Shown piece after piece: positions 9,139 to 18,083 of a DNA stretch of 46,632 nucleotides (positions are counted from its first letter, which is position 1; each line of letters begins with the position of its first letter). Source of the DNA: Planctomycetota bacterium (GTDB taxonomy: Bacteria; Planctomycetota; Phycisphaerae; UBA1845). A program made the position numbers and the translations under genes. The notes under the pieces are model-generated. The model saw only the letters and a list, made by a program, of their open reading frames with translations, was not told the DNA's origin and searched no databases. Location: NCBI GenBank assembly GCA_024278695.1, contig JAJRSR010000211.1:1-46632 (forward strand), in the 5' to 3' direction.

Positions 9139-9993
9139 TCAGCTATGATTGCCGGACCAGAGCATCGGGGCGGCCACTGCCCCATACGTCTCCGGTCGGC
9201 GGTCGCGCAGGAACGGGAACATCATGCGGGCTTTGGTCACGGTTGATTTTTCTAGCTGTACCGTGAGCGTCTGGTTTGGCTTGTCATCGAGCGCGCTAAC
9301 CACCTGCCCGAGTGGGTCGATCACCATGGATTGCCCGAGAAACGAGAGCGGGTCTTCGTTGCCCGAGCGGTTGGCCATGGCGATGTAAACGCCGTGCGTG
9401 ACGGCGGCAGCCTGCATTTCAAACTGATAAGTATCGGCAAAGGGTTCCGAGGCGGCGACGGCCGTCGGCACGAGGACATACTCGGCACCCTGCATGATGA
9501 AGCTGCGAAACACCTCAGGGAAGTGCCGGTCGTAGCAGATGGCCACGCCAAAACGCCAGCCCTCTAGCTCGAACACGTGGTAGGTGTCTTGTCCCGGTGC
9601 GTAGTAAAACTTTTCGTTGTAGCCCGGCTCCTCCGAGAGGTGCATCATACGCTGGCGACCGACGTACACCCCTTTGCGATCAATCACGACGCTGCTATCG
9701 AAGCAGAGGTGTTCCCGTGATAGCTCATAGTGGTTGTATACGATTGCGATGTCGTGCTGACGGGCGAGCTCCTGAAACCATGCCATCGTGACGCCGGGAA
9801 TCGGCTCGGCGAGGTCGAAGTATTCATACTTATGCGGTACGCGTGGGAAGAACTCAAGAACCGACATCTCGGGGAAGAGAACGATGTCCGATTTTTGTCC
9901 GGCTGCTTCTTCGACGAGCTTGGCAACGCGAGCCTTGTTGGCTTCGATGTCCGGCGTGCTGTGGTTTTGTGCTACGGTGACTTTCATGCCCAT
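9139..9993 (-). CDS. Carbon-nitrogen hydrolase (nitrilase superfamily, N-carbamoylputrescine amidase/beta-ureidopropionase-like)
   Basis: IVLFPEM, EPGYNEKFYYAPG, GVAICYDRHFPE, ANRSG.E, FLRDRRPETY. Confidence 0.88.
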   Translation of the reverse strand: MGMKVTVAQNHSTPDIEANKARVAKLVEEAAGQKSDIVLFPEMSVLEFFPRVPHKYEYFDLAEPIPGVTMAWFQELARQHDIAIVYNHYELSREHLCFDSSVVIDRKGVYVGRQRMMHLSEEPGYNEKFYYAPGQDTYHVFELEGWRFGVAICYDRHFPEVFRSFIMQGAEYVLVPTAVAASEPFADTYQFEMQAAAVTHGVYIAMANRSGNEDPLSFLGQSMVIDPLGQVVSALDDKPNQTLTVQLEKSTVTKARMMFPFLRDRRPETYGAVAAPMLWSGNHS

Positions 9994-10056
9994 ACTCTGC
10001 GCGTGGTACCGCGCAATGTCAACGGTCTTGGTTCGCAACCGTGAGCGTTCGACACG

Positions 10057-10971
10057 CTACGCCGTGCCGTAAAATGGCTTGGCGCTGAGACCGGTTCGCG
10101 CTTCGATTAGACTAACGATGGCGTCCACCTCGGCAGCGGCAAGCGGCGTGACGAACGCCTCGGCCGGTGCACGTGCGACAGTGTAAACTTGTACGTCGCT
10201 GATCTTACCGCCCGCTTGTAGAATCTCGTGGAGTCTTCCGACGTAGGCGTCAAGCTCGGGTTCGCTCGGTGCCGTTCCGTCTAACCGAAGAAACATGGAT
10301 TGAATCACGATGGGTCGCACACTGGCCGCTGCGATGATGTTGTCGATCACATGTTGAAGCGGGTAGTTCGGGCGGTTGACCGCTTCGTAATACGTTTGCG
10401 TGCCGGCGTCGAGCTTGGCCCAGATCTCACCCGAGTTGGCGTCCATAATGCGAAGCCCACGCTCCGCGGCTGGTTTGGTCAGGTAGCACGCGTCGGTAAT
10501 GAGCACGAGCTTCACGTCGGCGAGATTCGCCTCGCCTTTTAGTCGGGCTGCGAGTTCGATCGACTCGGCGAAGACCTTGCAGGTGGTCGGTTCGCCGTCG
10601 CCGGAGAACGCGATGTCGTTCACCCGGCGCAGATCCTTGGGCACCGTCGAAAAGGCTTCATCTTCGAAAAGCCGGCCCGTGACGGCAAAGTCGATCATCG
10701 CTCCGAGTTCATCGCGCAGTCGTCCGAGGTCTACATCACGCACCTTCGGCGTTTTCGAGCGATCGACCTGGCAATAGACGCAATCGAAATTGCAGGCCGC
10801 GTCCGGGTTGAGGTTCACGCCGATGCTCAGTCCACGGCTGCGACGTGAGATCACCGGGTAAACGTAGTGGTTGTCGCGCCAGCCGCGCGAATGATCTCGG
10901 TATTGCGGCAGGGCGGTTCGGTTATTGTTCGAGGGTGCGATCGGGCATTCCTTCGTCGCGCTAGCTGTCAT
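10057..10971 (-). CDS. Radical SAM protein (Tyw1/COG0731-like Fe-S oxidoreductase)
   Basis: YPVISRRSRGLSIGVNL, CNFDCVYC (CxxxCxxC), IAFSGDGEPT, WAKLDAG; ATG 10971 overlaps the end of the TolC gene. Confidence 0.88.
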   Translation of the reverse strand: MTASATKECPIAPSNNNRTALPQYRDHSRGWRDNHYVYPVISRRSRGLSIGVNLNPDAACNFDCVYCQVDRSKTPKVRDVDLGRLRDELGAMIDFAVTGRLFEDEAFSTVPKDLRRVNDIAFSGDGEPTTCKVFAESIELAARLKGEANLADVKLVLITDACYLTKPAAERGLRIMDANSGEIWAKLDAGTQTYYEAVNRPNYPLQHVIDNIIAAASVRPIVIQSMFLRLDGTAPSEPELDAYVGRLHEILQAGGKISDVQVYTVARAPAEAFVTPLAAAEVDAIVSLIEARTGLSAKPFYGTA

Positions 10972-12700
10972 GGTCGAAGGGGAGCACGACGTTGTTGTAT
11001 CGTAGCAGCGTGCCCTTGGCGCGTTCGAGGTTGACCACGGCAATGTTATAGTCCACGACCGCCCGCAGCATGGCCCGGCGCGATTCCGCCAGCGCGCGGC
11101 GCGCGGCCAACTCACTGTTGAGTGTGTTGAGGTCTTTTCGTTCCTGCCTCGCGACGATTGAGTCAACCTCGCGGTGGCGTGCCTCGGCCGATTCAAAGCT
11201 CGGGGCGATCTGATCGAACGTGGTCGCGACCTGCCGGACGGCGAGGTTGATGTCCAGGATGACTTCCTCGAATGTCTGTTTTAAGGCGGCGACTTGTTGT
11301 TCGTGTTGCAATTGGGATCGCCGGTACACGGCACGCGGACCTCGGTTGCCAATAGGCATTTCGATTTCAACGCCGATCCGGTATTCCACGAAGTTGTAGG
11401 TGCTGGCGTTGTCGAATGATTCTGCGGAGTTCGTGGCGAGTCCGGTCGATGCCGTCCTGAAGGTCAGATCAAATCGCGGTAATTCGGCACTCTTGGCTTG
11501 CCCAACGGCGATGCGAGCGCTGGCCACGCGGAGCTCTTGCTCGTGAATTTCCGGACGATGTTCCAACCCCGACTGGACTTCAGCCAGCGGGTCCACCACG
11601 AGCCGCGTGAGGTTGGGAAGGTCCGTCGGGATGATCTCGATGGTGTCGGCCAGGTCGATGTCGTCGCTGTTCATCAGCGCGATTAACTGATCTTCGGCGT
11701 CAAAGACGTTGGCCAGCCGCCGAACGAACGCCGTACGCTCTTGTTGCAGGTTGGCTTGGGTCGCGGAAAGTTGCACGGCGTTCACATCGAAGTCGCGCCG
11801 GGCCTGTAGAAACACCAGGATCTGCTCGAACTGTGCCAAGAGCCTGGCACTAATCACGACGTCGGCTCTGGCTTGCACCAAACGCCAGTACGCTTCCTCG
11901 GTCTGCCGGAGCACGTCTCGAACTTGGCGATGAAACGCATACTTGCTCACCCGGCGATCGTTCTTTCGAAGACGAATGATGGATTGCGTTACGTCAACGC
12001 CGAAATTGCGGAGCAACGGCTGCCGAATATCGAGCACGAGTCCCGTCACATATTCCGGGTTGATGGTTTGAAAGCTCAGCGTAGTTTTTGTACGGTTGAG
12101 TTCCCAACTGGCTGAAATCGTAGCACCCGTGGGGAGCGCCTTGCGTATGCCGGCCGCGAGGGACGTGAGATCGACATCGTTCGCCTGAAGCGCGGACGCC
12201 GTGGGGCGGTCAATGTTGTTCTTGATCGCGTTGGCGAAGAACGTCGCGTCAAACGCCGCCTCCGCCTCAATGACGCGCGTGGTTTCCACGGCCGGGTTGA
12301 ACCGTTGCACGTCGATGGCGTAGTTGTTGGCCAACGCTCGTCGAAGCGCCGCCTCCAGGGAGAGTTCCAGGATCTCCTGGCGGCAAATCGGGCTGGCTAT
12401 TTCCAGCGTTCGCTCGATGAATTTCACGCGGCTCTTTTCCCCGCGCTCGCGAAGCGTTTCGAGGCGTTTCAGAGCGGCCTCACGGTTGATGGAAGGGTCC
12501 GGCGTGTGCCAGCGCAGCCGTTCAATCGGAAGCGAATCACCTTGAGACAGGACCGGGGTGACTTTCCTTGCGTTCGTGCCCGCAGGCTCCGCGCCTTGTG
12601 CGAAGCTCGACGCCCCCAGAGAGAGTAGCAGCGCCATTGCCGTCAGTGAGTATGATCGAAAGATTCGATAGGCCGAAGTCGGGTCGTCTGTTCGACGCAT
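10961..12700 (-). CDS. TolC family outer membrane efflux protein
   Basis: Signal-like hydrophobic stretch; LSLEAALRRALANNY, IRQPLLRNFG, EAYWRLV, LEHRPEI, EMPIGNR, VDYNIAVVNLERAKGTLL; start uncertain (12700-12760). Confidence 0.88.
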   Translation of the reverse strand: MRRTDDPTSAYRIFRSYSLTAMALLLSLGASSFAQGAEPAGTNARKVTPVLSQGDSLPIERLRWHTPDPSINREAALKRLETLRERGEKSRVKFIERTLEIASPICRQEILELSLEAALRRALANNYAIDVQRFNPAVETTRVIEAEAAFDATFFANAIKNNIDRPTASALQANDVDLTSLAAGIRKALPTGATISASWELNRTKTTLSFQTINPEYVTGLVLDIRQPLLRNFGVDVTQSIIRLRKNDRRVSKYAFHRQVRDVLRQTEEAYWRLVQARADVVISARLLAQFEQILVFLQARRDFDVNAVQLSATQANLQQERTAFVRRLANVFDAEDQLIALMNSDDIDLADTIEIIPTDLPNLTRLVVDPLAEVQSGLEHRPEIHEQELRVASARIAVGQAKSAELPRFDLTFRTASTGLATNSAESFDNASTYNFVEYRIGVEIEMPIGNRGPRAVYRRSQLQHEQQVAALKQTFEEVILDINLAVRQVATTFDQIAPSFESAEARHREVDSIVARQERKDLNTLNSELAARRALAESRRAMLRAVVDYNIAVVNLERAKGTLLRYNNVVLPFDHDS

Positions 12701-13021
12701 GAAAACTTGCTCCGCAGTGGGCTCTGTCATTGTGGTCAGCGCGACACAGGTCTCGGGCACCGGTTAATGACCGGGGAGGCCGCCGACCCTTGACGCGGGC
12801 ATGGTATCCGGCGGTTGCGCGTGCCGTCAATCGCCAATGCCTAAAGAGTCTGATTTTCTGACAACAAACGACGGTGTGCGGTTTGTTTTTGAGACGCTGT
12901 GAAATTGTTGTGCGATTGGCTAGGATGGGGGGCTGGGCCGACCGTGTTGCCCAAATGATGCTTGAGCCGTTTGAGGCAAGAGGTGCCCGAAATCATGATC
13001 CGACGAATCGTACGACAACCC

Positions 13022-13768
13022 ATGGATGATCTGCTGGCCTGCATGGAGCCGTTGTTTCGCGTGCGAAATCCGCTGCCGATCTTCATTCCCATGCTGGCGA
13101 CGATGATCGCTACCTGGATCCTCTACGTGCCCATCCACGAACTGGCCCATGCCTACGGATGCCTCTGGACCGGTGGCGAGGTCACTGAGCTGCAAATCTC
13201 GGCAAGATACGGTGGGGCGTTCTACGCGAAGTATTTCGACTTCATCGTAACAGAATCCGACTATGCCGGTCGGCTCTCCGGCTTTGATACCCACGGCTCT
13301 GATTGGGTCTACCTCGCGACGGTGTTCCTGCCGTTTGTCATGTCGGTGGTTTTTGGTGTGCCGTTGCTGAAGGCCCTACGGGGGCGTCGCCGACCCATGC
13401 TGTTCGGGGCGGCCATCGTCCTGGGTCTTGCGCCATTTTACAACCTTACGGGGGATTACCTGGAAATGGGCTCGATCATGGTGACCCGCGTGGCCACAGG
13501 GAGCCTCGCCGATCCTGCAGCGTATGCAGGCATCCGTTCTGATGACGTGTTCAAGCTGGTTACGGACATCGTTACGAAGCCGGCCGAGCTCGGCTTGGAT
13601 TCACCCGGAAAGATCGCTATCGGCTCGGTGCTGAGCATCATCTCGATGGGGGTGGCGCTGTCGTTGTCGTTTCTGACCTACTGGGCCGGGCATCTTTTCT
13701 CTATGGTGCTGGGCGTACGGGGCCACGTTCGTCCGGAAGCCAAAGCAATATCGGACCGCAAGCGCTAA
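13022..13768 (+). CDS. Membrane protein with an HExxH motif (M50-like metallopeptidase candidate)
   Basis: Several TM helices, with YVPIHELAHAYG following the first; start uncertain (12962-13043). Confidence 0.6.
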   Translation: MDDLLACMEPLFRVRNPLPIFIPMLATMIATWILYVPIHELAHAYGCLWTGGEVTELQISARYGGAFYAKYFDFIVTESDYAGRLSGFDTHGSDWVYLATVFLPFVMSVVFGVPLLKALRGRRRPMLFGAAIVLGLAPFYNLTGDYLEMGSIMVTRVATGSLADPAAYAGIRSDDVFKLVTDIVTKPAELGLDSPGKIAIGSVLSIISMGVALSLSFLTYWAGHLFSMVLGVRGHVRPEAKAISDRKR

Positions 13769-13808
13769 CGGGGTGTTGCAGGGACGCTCATTGGAGTATA
13801 CTGATTCC

Positions 13809-14174
13809 GTGCCGAGCACAGATGCATCCCAATTTGCCATTGAGCTAGCCCGAATCGCTTCGGATATGAACGCGAGCGATGTGCTGGCGATGGACCTGCG
13901 CGGCATCAGCCCCGTGACGGACATGACCGTCATCTCCACCGGTACGTCGGATCGGCAGATGCGCGGCTTGGCCGACGCCGTTGTGGCGTATGGCAAGAAC
14001 GTCGGTCGTCGTCCGTTTGGGTTGGCCGGTTACGACGGCGGCACCTGGATCGTGATCGATTTCATCGACGTCGTGTTCCACGTCTTCGGCAAAGCCCACC
14101 GTGAGTATTTCGACCTGGAGCTGCTCTGGGGCGACGCGCCAAGAATCGACTGGGTTCGGTCAGAGTCGGCCTGA
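13809..14174 (+). CDS. rsfS: Ribosome silencing factor
   Basis: DLRGISPVTD..ISTGTSDRQMR..WIVIDFIDVVFHVF..REYFDLELLWGDAP. Confidence 0.93.
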   Translation: MPSTDASQFAIELARIASDMNASDVLAMDLRGISPVTDMTVISTGTSDRQMRGLADAVVAYGKNVGRRPFGLAGYDGGTWIVIDFIDVVFHVFGKAHREYFDLELLWGDAPRIDWVRSESA

Positions 14175-14192
14175 GCTTGAGGGTGCCCTATG

Positions 14193-14226
14193 GTGCCGTT
14201 GGTGAGGGGGTGCCGTTGGTGAGGGG
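14193..14226. repeat. Perfect 17-bp tandem duplication GTGCCGTTGGTGAGGGG
   Basis: Copies at 14193-14209 and 14210-14226. Confidence 0.85.
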
Positions 14227-14321
14227 CAGGCCCGGCGCACATTAAGTTCCTTTTGCCAAGTTCCTTTTGCCGCAAGGACTTGTATCAAGAACTCGTTGTT
14301 CCATCCGACCATTTCGCTCTT
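14227..14321 (+). repeat. Dispersed ~80-bp element, copy 1 (with an internal 14-bp duplication)
   Basis: Near-identical to 34541-34621; AAGTTCCTTTTGCC is duplicated at 14244-14257 and 14258-14271. Confidence 0.88.
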
Positions 14322-14535
14322 CTTTGTCATGCGAACCGCCATACCGACGGTCGTCGCACCCGGCCATGCCCCTTCTCGGATGTCTGATGTTGCCGGTATG
14401 GATCGCTTCGGTTTGCCAAGGATGGTCACGCATGTTTCGACGCACGGATTCGCAAGCGACGTTCGGTTCGCTCAACGTTCTCACTATCGCAATTACCGCT
14501 GCGTCGGTTGAGCCCCAATGCGTTGCCGCTTGCCC

Positions 14536-15048
14536 TTACGCTTTGCGTTTCGACAGCCGTTCCTTTAGCCGTCGGGCGACGTCTAGCGGGACGAGTCTTG
14601 CCAGGTGTTCGGAGTCGTATTGGCCGATCTCTACGATCTGTTTGATGAGCGTGCTGGAGGTGAGGACGTGTTGGTCGCTTGTCATGAGGAATACCGTTTC
14701 GATGTCGCCGATGATGCGGTTGGTCGTGGCGATTTCCAACTCCGCGTGAAGATCTACCGAGTCGCGGATGCCGCGAAGGATCACGCGGGCACCGACCTGA
14801 CGCGCGTACTCGACCGTGAGGCCGGTGTACGTTTGGACCTCGACGCTCGGAAAGTCTCCGGTGTGGGCGGTCAACATCTCCGCGCGTTCCTTGGCCGTGA
14901 ACACCTGCGCCTTCATCGGGTTGTGCCCGACCGCGACGATGAGCTTTGCGTAGAGCCGCGACGCACGCTTGATGATGTCGATATGCCCGTACGTCATTGG
15001 GTCAAACGCACCGGGAAAGACGGCTAGGTTGGACTGCGTTTCGGACAC
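14536..15048 (-). CDS. coaD: Phosphopantetheine adenylyltransferase
   Basis: AVFPGAFDPMTYGHIDII, ILRGIRDSVD, ETVFLM, SSTLIKQI. Confidence 0.95.
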   Translation of the reverse strand: MSETQSNLAVFPGAFDPMTYGHIDIIKRASRLYAKLIVAVGHNPMKAQVFTAKERAEMLTAHTGDFPSVEVQTYTGLTVEYARQVGARVILRGIRDSVDLHAELEIATTNRIIGDIETVFLMTSDQHVLTSSTLIKQIVEIGQYDSEHLARLVPLDVARRLKERLSKRKA

Positions 15049-15135
15049 GGGGTACCTCCGAGTATTTCGCCAGCCGGGATTCTAAACCGATCTCGTTGTG
15101 AGTCCAAGGGCATGCGTTGGACGCCTCCCATCCGC

Positions 15136-15174
15136 CGATTTGCGTTTCCCGCAGATAAAGCCACGGGCCACCCG
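15136..15174 (+). repeat. REP-like family A copy
   Basis: CGATTTGCGTTTCCCGCAGATAAAGCCACGGGCCACCCG matches the family consensus CGATTYGYGTTYCCCGCAGCTRAAGCYRCGGGCCACCC. Confidence 0.75.
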
Positions 15175-15223
15175 TTGCTCGAACGATGTTGACACATGGT
15201 GCGTGCCGGATGATCCTGCGGCC

Positions 15224-16171
15224 ATGAATGATTCTGCGATCACAGCGGCCGAAGTTGATCTGACCGTGGACCTTGCGGGGCTGGCGTTGCGTAACCCTGT
15301 GATGACGGCATCCGGTACGTCCGGCTACGGACCGGAGCACGCGGAGCTGATGGATCTTACCAAACTCGGGGCGTTCGTGACCAAGGCGGTTTCGGTGGAG
15401 CCGCGCAAGGGCAACCCGCCGGAGCGGATCGTCGAGACTTCTGCGGGGATGCTCAACGCGATCGGGCTGGCCAACGATGGACTCGATGGCTTCGCGGCGA
15501 ACAAGGTGCCGTTTATCGAGTCGATGGGCACGCCGGTGATCGTGAACGTGGTCGGGCACAGCGTCGAGGAGTTTCAGACGGTGTGCCGCCGACTTGATGG
15601 TATCGAATGCATCGCTGGTGTGGAGTTGAACGTGTCGTGTCCGAACGTGGCCGATGGGTTGGAGTTCGGGACGGACCCGGTGCGGCTTCGGGCGTTGGTC
15701 TCTGCGGTTCGTGGGTGCGTATCCCGGGCCAAGCTCATCGTAAAACTTTCGCCAAACGTGACGGATGTCACGGCGACCGCGCGAGCCGCGATCGAGGGCG
15801 GCGCGGATGTGCTCTCGGCAATCAACACGGTCGTGGGGATGGCGATCAACGTGGACACGTGGAAGCCGATGCTGGCGAATCGCACGGGGGGCTTGTCCGG
15901 GCCGGCCATCAAACCGATTGCGCTCAACATGGTGCATCGGGTCTACCGAGACGTGGCCAAGGACGCGAACGTGCCGATCATCGGCATGGGCGGAATCTCT
16001 TCCTGGCGCGACGCCGTGGAGTTCTTCCTGGCTGGCGCGACGGCGGTGGCCGTGGGGACGGCGCTTTTTGTAGAGCCAACCACGCCGATTCGCATCTGCG
16101 AAGGGTTGCGAGAGTACTTGTCGAAGCGCGGTATGAGCTCCGTCCGTGATCTCGTAGGGAAACTACAGTAG
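15224..16171 (+). CDS. pyrD: Dihydroorotate dehydrogenase, class 1B catalytic subunit
   Basis: NPVMTASGT, GMLNAIGLAN, ELNVSCPNV, VKLSPNVTD, INT, GGLSGPAIKPIA, IIGMGGI. Confidence 0.95.
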   Translation: MNDSAITAAEVDLTVDLAGLALRNPVMTASGTSGYGPEHAELMDLTKLGAFVTKAVSVEPRKGNPPERIVETSAGMLNAIGLANDGLDGFAANKVPFIESMGTPVIVNVVGHSVEEFQTVCRRLDGIECIAGVELNVSCPNVADGLEFGTDPVRLRALVSAVRGCVSRAKLIVKLSPNVTDVTATARAAIEGGADVLSAINTVVGMAINVDTWKPMLANRTGGLSGPAIKPIALNMVHRVYRDVAKDANVPIIGMGGISSWRDAVEFFLAGATAVAVGTALFVEPTTPIRICEGLREYLSKRGMSSVRDLVGKLQ

Positions 16172-16242
16172 GCGGACGCGAGAGGTCAGGTGTCTCGCGC
16201 AGGTTGGCCTCAATCTTTTCGTCCTGGTTCATTGGACACCCC

Positions 16243-16267
16243 GGGCCGCGGGCTTCAGCCTGCGCGG
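16243..16267 (+). repeat. REP-like family B copy
   Basis: GGGCCGCGGGCTTCAGCCTGCGCGG differs at 2 of 25 positions from 42515-42539; palindromic core. Confidence 0.7.
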
Positions 16268-17217
16268 TGCTTTGGGGTTGAGCCGACGTCCGGTTTGTGT
16301 GACTTGATACGGTTCTGGTCACGAAACCGTTTGTGGCAGGCGTTGCAGGATTGTTGAAGTTTTTGGAATGCGGACTTCGTCTTTGCTGCGTGATGTTCGC
16401 GAACCATCTCGGCCAATCGCAAGGCCGCAGCTTTCTACTCAGTTAGCATTTCTGAAAACGCCCTTGGTTGGCCCTTCGCTTCCGCAGTCCCCGCTATCTC
16501 CGAAAGGTAGCGGTGGAGCCGTTGCGTTTCTTTCTGGGAATCTAAATCCGGGTGATCCTTGGGGGTGCGCCAGCCAGCTTTGCTGAGGATTTCCAGGTGA
16601 TCCCACTGTTGCCCGATGCGCGCCATGCCCTCAACGAAGGTGGATAGTATCGCGCGTTGTGGGAATGTGGCGTTGGCCTTGGCGAGTGCTTAGTGGCTGA
16701 CGCGGCGCGTACGTGATATGGTCGCGAAGAGCCCGGCATACTTGGCAGACGTGCCGGCCGTGCTTAGGTGCCGCATCGCCTCATCGACGGTGAGCCACCC
16801 GAGCCCGATGGCGATCACAGACGCTGCGGCCGGGCTGCGGTGCCTACCGTGAAAACAGTGGATGTAGATCGGCTTGGGCAGGTCGGCTGCGGCCCGCATC
16901 AGCCGAAGGGACTCATCTTGAGTGATGCCGTCGTAGCCGATCGGAAGATGGACATACCGCATGCCGCGTGCCGTTGCACCGGCCGCATTTGGTGGAGACG
17001 CGTCTACGCAGATGATCGTTTTGACGCCGAGGTCGCGAATGGTATCGAGACCGGCATCGCCGTGCGGTGCGGAGCCGTTAATCAGACCTTTGCTGATGAG
17101 TAGCACGTTGGAGAGCCCGGCGTAGTCGCGTGTCGCTGTGGTGGTTGGTGCGGATAGTGCCGGCGATTCCGGCGCGGGTGATGCGGCCAGCAACATGAGA
17201 ACACCTATCAATGCCAT
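16255..17217 (-). pseudogene. Exported CX5R phosphatase/DUF442-like domain fused to a C-terminal cytochrome c (CxxCH); interrupted by two in-frame stops
   Basis: One frame: signal peptide, IYIHCFHGRHRS, TAA at 16690-16692, ALAKANATFP..GWRTPKDHPDLD..MLTE, TAG at 16435-16437, KAAALRL..LQQSCNACHKRFRD, final TGA at 16255-16257. Confidence 0.8.
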
Positions 17218-17274
17218 GTAGGTTTATAGAGGGCGTTCGGTGGCTCGGTCAACGCTGCCGCGACGCCGCTTTTT

Positions 17275-17973
17275 CTATGACTTCGTCAAAATAAAAATTC
17301 GCCCGCAAACTGTTTCGCCTTGCTGGTTTAGCGCTTGGGACTTTTGGGTTTTGATAGAAAAATCAGATTGCTGCGCTAACATTTCGAACCCATCGGCCAC
17401 GCCGCGGCAGGGGTCTGAAATGATCGCGGTGCCGCCGTTTTCCAATAAGGCGTGAAGGCATTTTAGGATCGGCGCATGATCGACCAGTTGGTAGAGCACG
17501 TCGGCCGCGAAGATGCGGGGGTATTGTGGCTGCGGCGGCGGGGTGTGCCAGTCGAGCAGGGTGTAATCGCTGATGGGTACGTCGTTGAGCCGGGCGTTGT
17601 AGGCCGCAAACTGGAGCGAGGTTGATTCGTGATCGCTCACGCGGACGTGCCAGCCCGCATGCGTCGCGGCGAGCCCGACTAAGCCGAGCCCAGCACCGAG
17701 TTCGAGGGCTTCGCGGCCTTCGCCCGGGTCGTGGGTGAGAATAAACTGTGCCAGCATGATCGCCGCGGGCCAAAGCTCCATGCCGTACGGCGCGCGGTCG
17801 TGTTCGATGAACTCCTTGGCGAAGTCCGGTTCGTCAAGCAGATCGGCCGCGTCTTTTAGGGCGGCGATATTGTAGACAGAGCCCGCGATCTCGACCCGGC
17901 GCGTTTCCAACTTCAAGCCGCGGTAGTGCCACGCGCCGTTAATCTGTGTGAGCTCGGGTGGTTCTGGTATCAC
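17275..17973 (-). CDS. Class I SAM-dependent methyltransferase (lysine methyltransferase/METTL21-like family)
   Basis: PYGMELWPAAIMLA, ALELGAGLGLVGL, LDW, IFAADVLY; GTG start at 17973 inferred. Confidence 0.85.
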   Translation of the reverse strand: MIPEPPELTQINGAWHYRGLKLETRRVEIAGSVYNIAALKDAADLLDEPDFAKEFIEHDRAPYGMELWPAAIMLAQFILTHDPGEGREALELGAGLGLVGLAATHAGWHVRVSDHESTSLQFAAYNARLNDVPISDYTLLDWHTPPPQPQYPRIFAADVLYQLVDHAPILKCLHALLENGGTAIISDPCRGVADGFEMLAQQSDFSIKTQKSQALNQQGETVCGRIFILTKS

Positions 17974-18083
17974 GGGGTTCGTTCGCCTGACTATCGCAGC
18001 CAGTTTCCAAGAAAAAGAAACGGCACGGCCACAGATGTCGTGACCGTGCCGCAACGTAAGATTCAAACCATAACACCCACCGA

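Noticed and set aside
14193-14321. Possible CRISPR array suggested by short repeats
   Set aside because: Repeats are directly tandem with no unique spacers, and no cas genes are present.
16435-16692. Genetic-code reassignment of TAA/TAG
   Set aside because: Many confident genes in the window end in TAA or TAG and no other gene shows internal stops; nonsense mutation or sequencing error is simpler.
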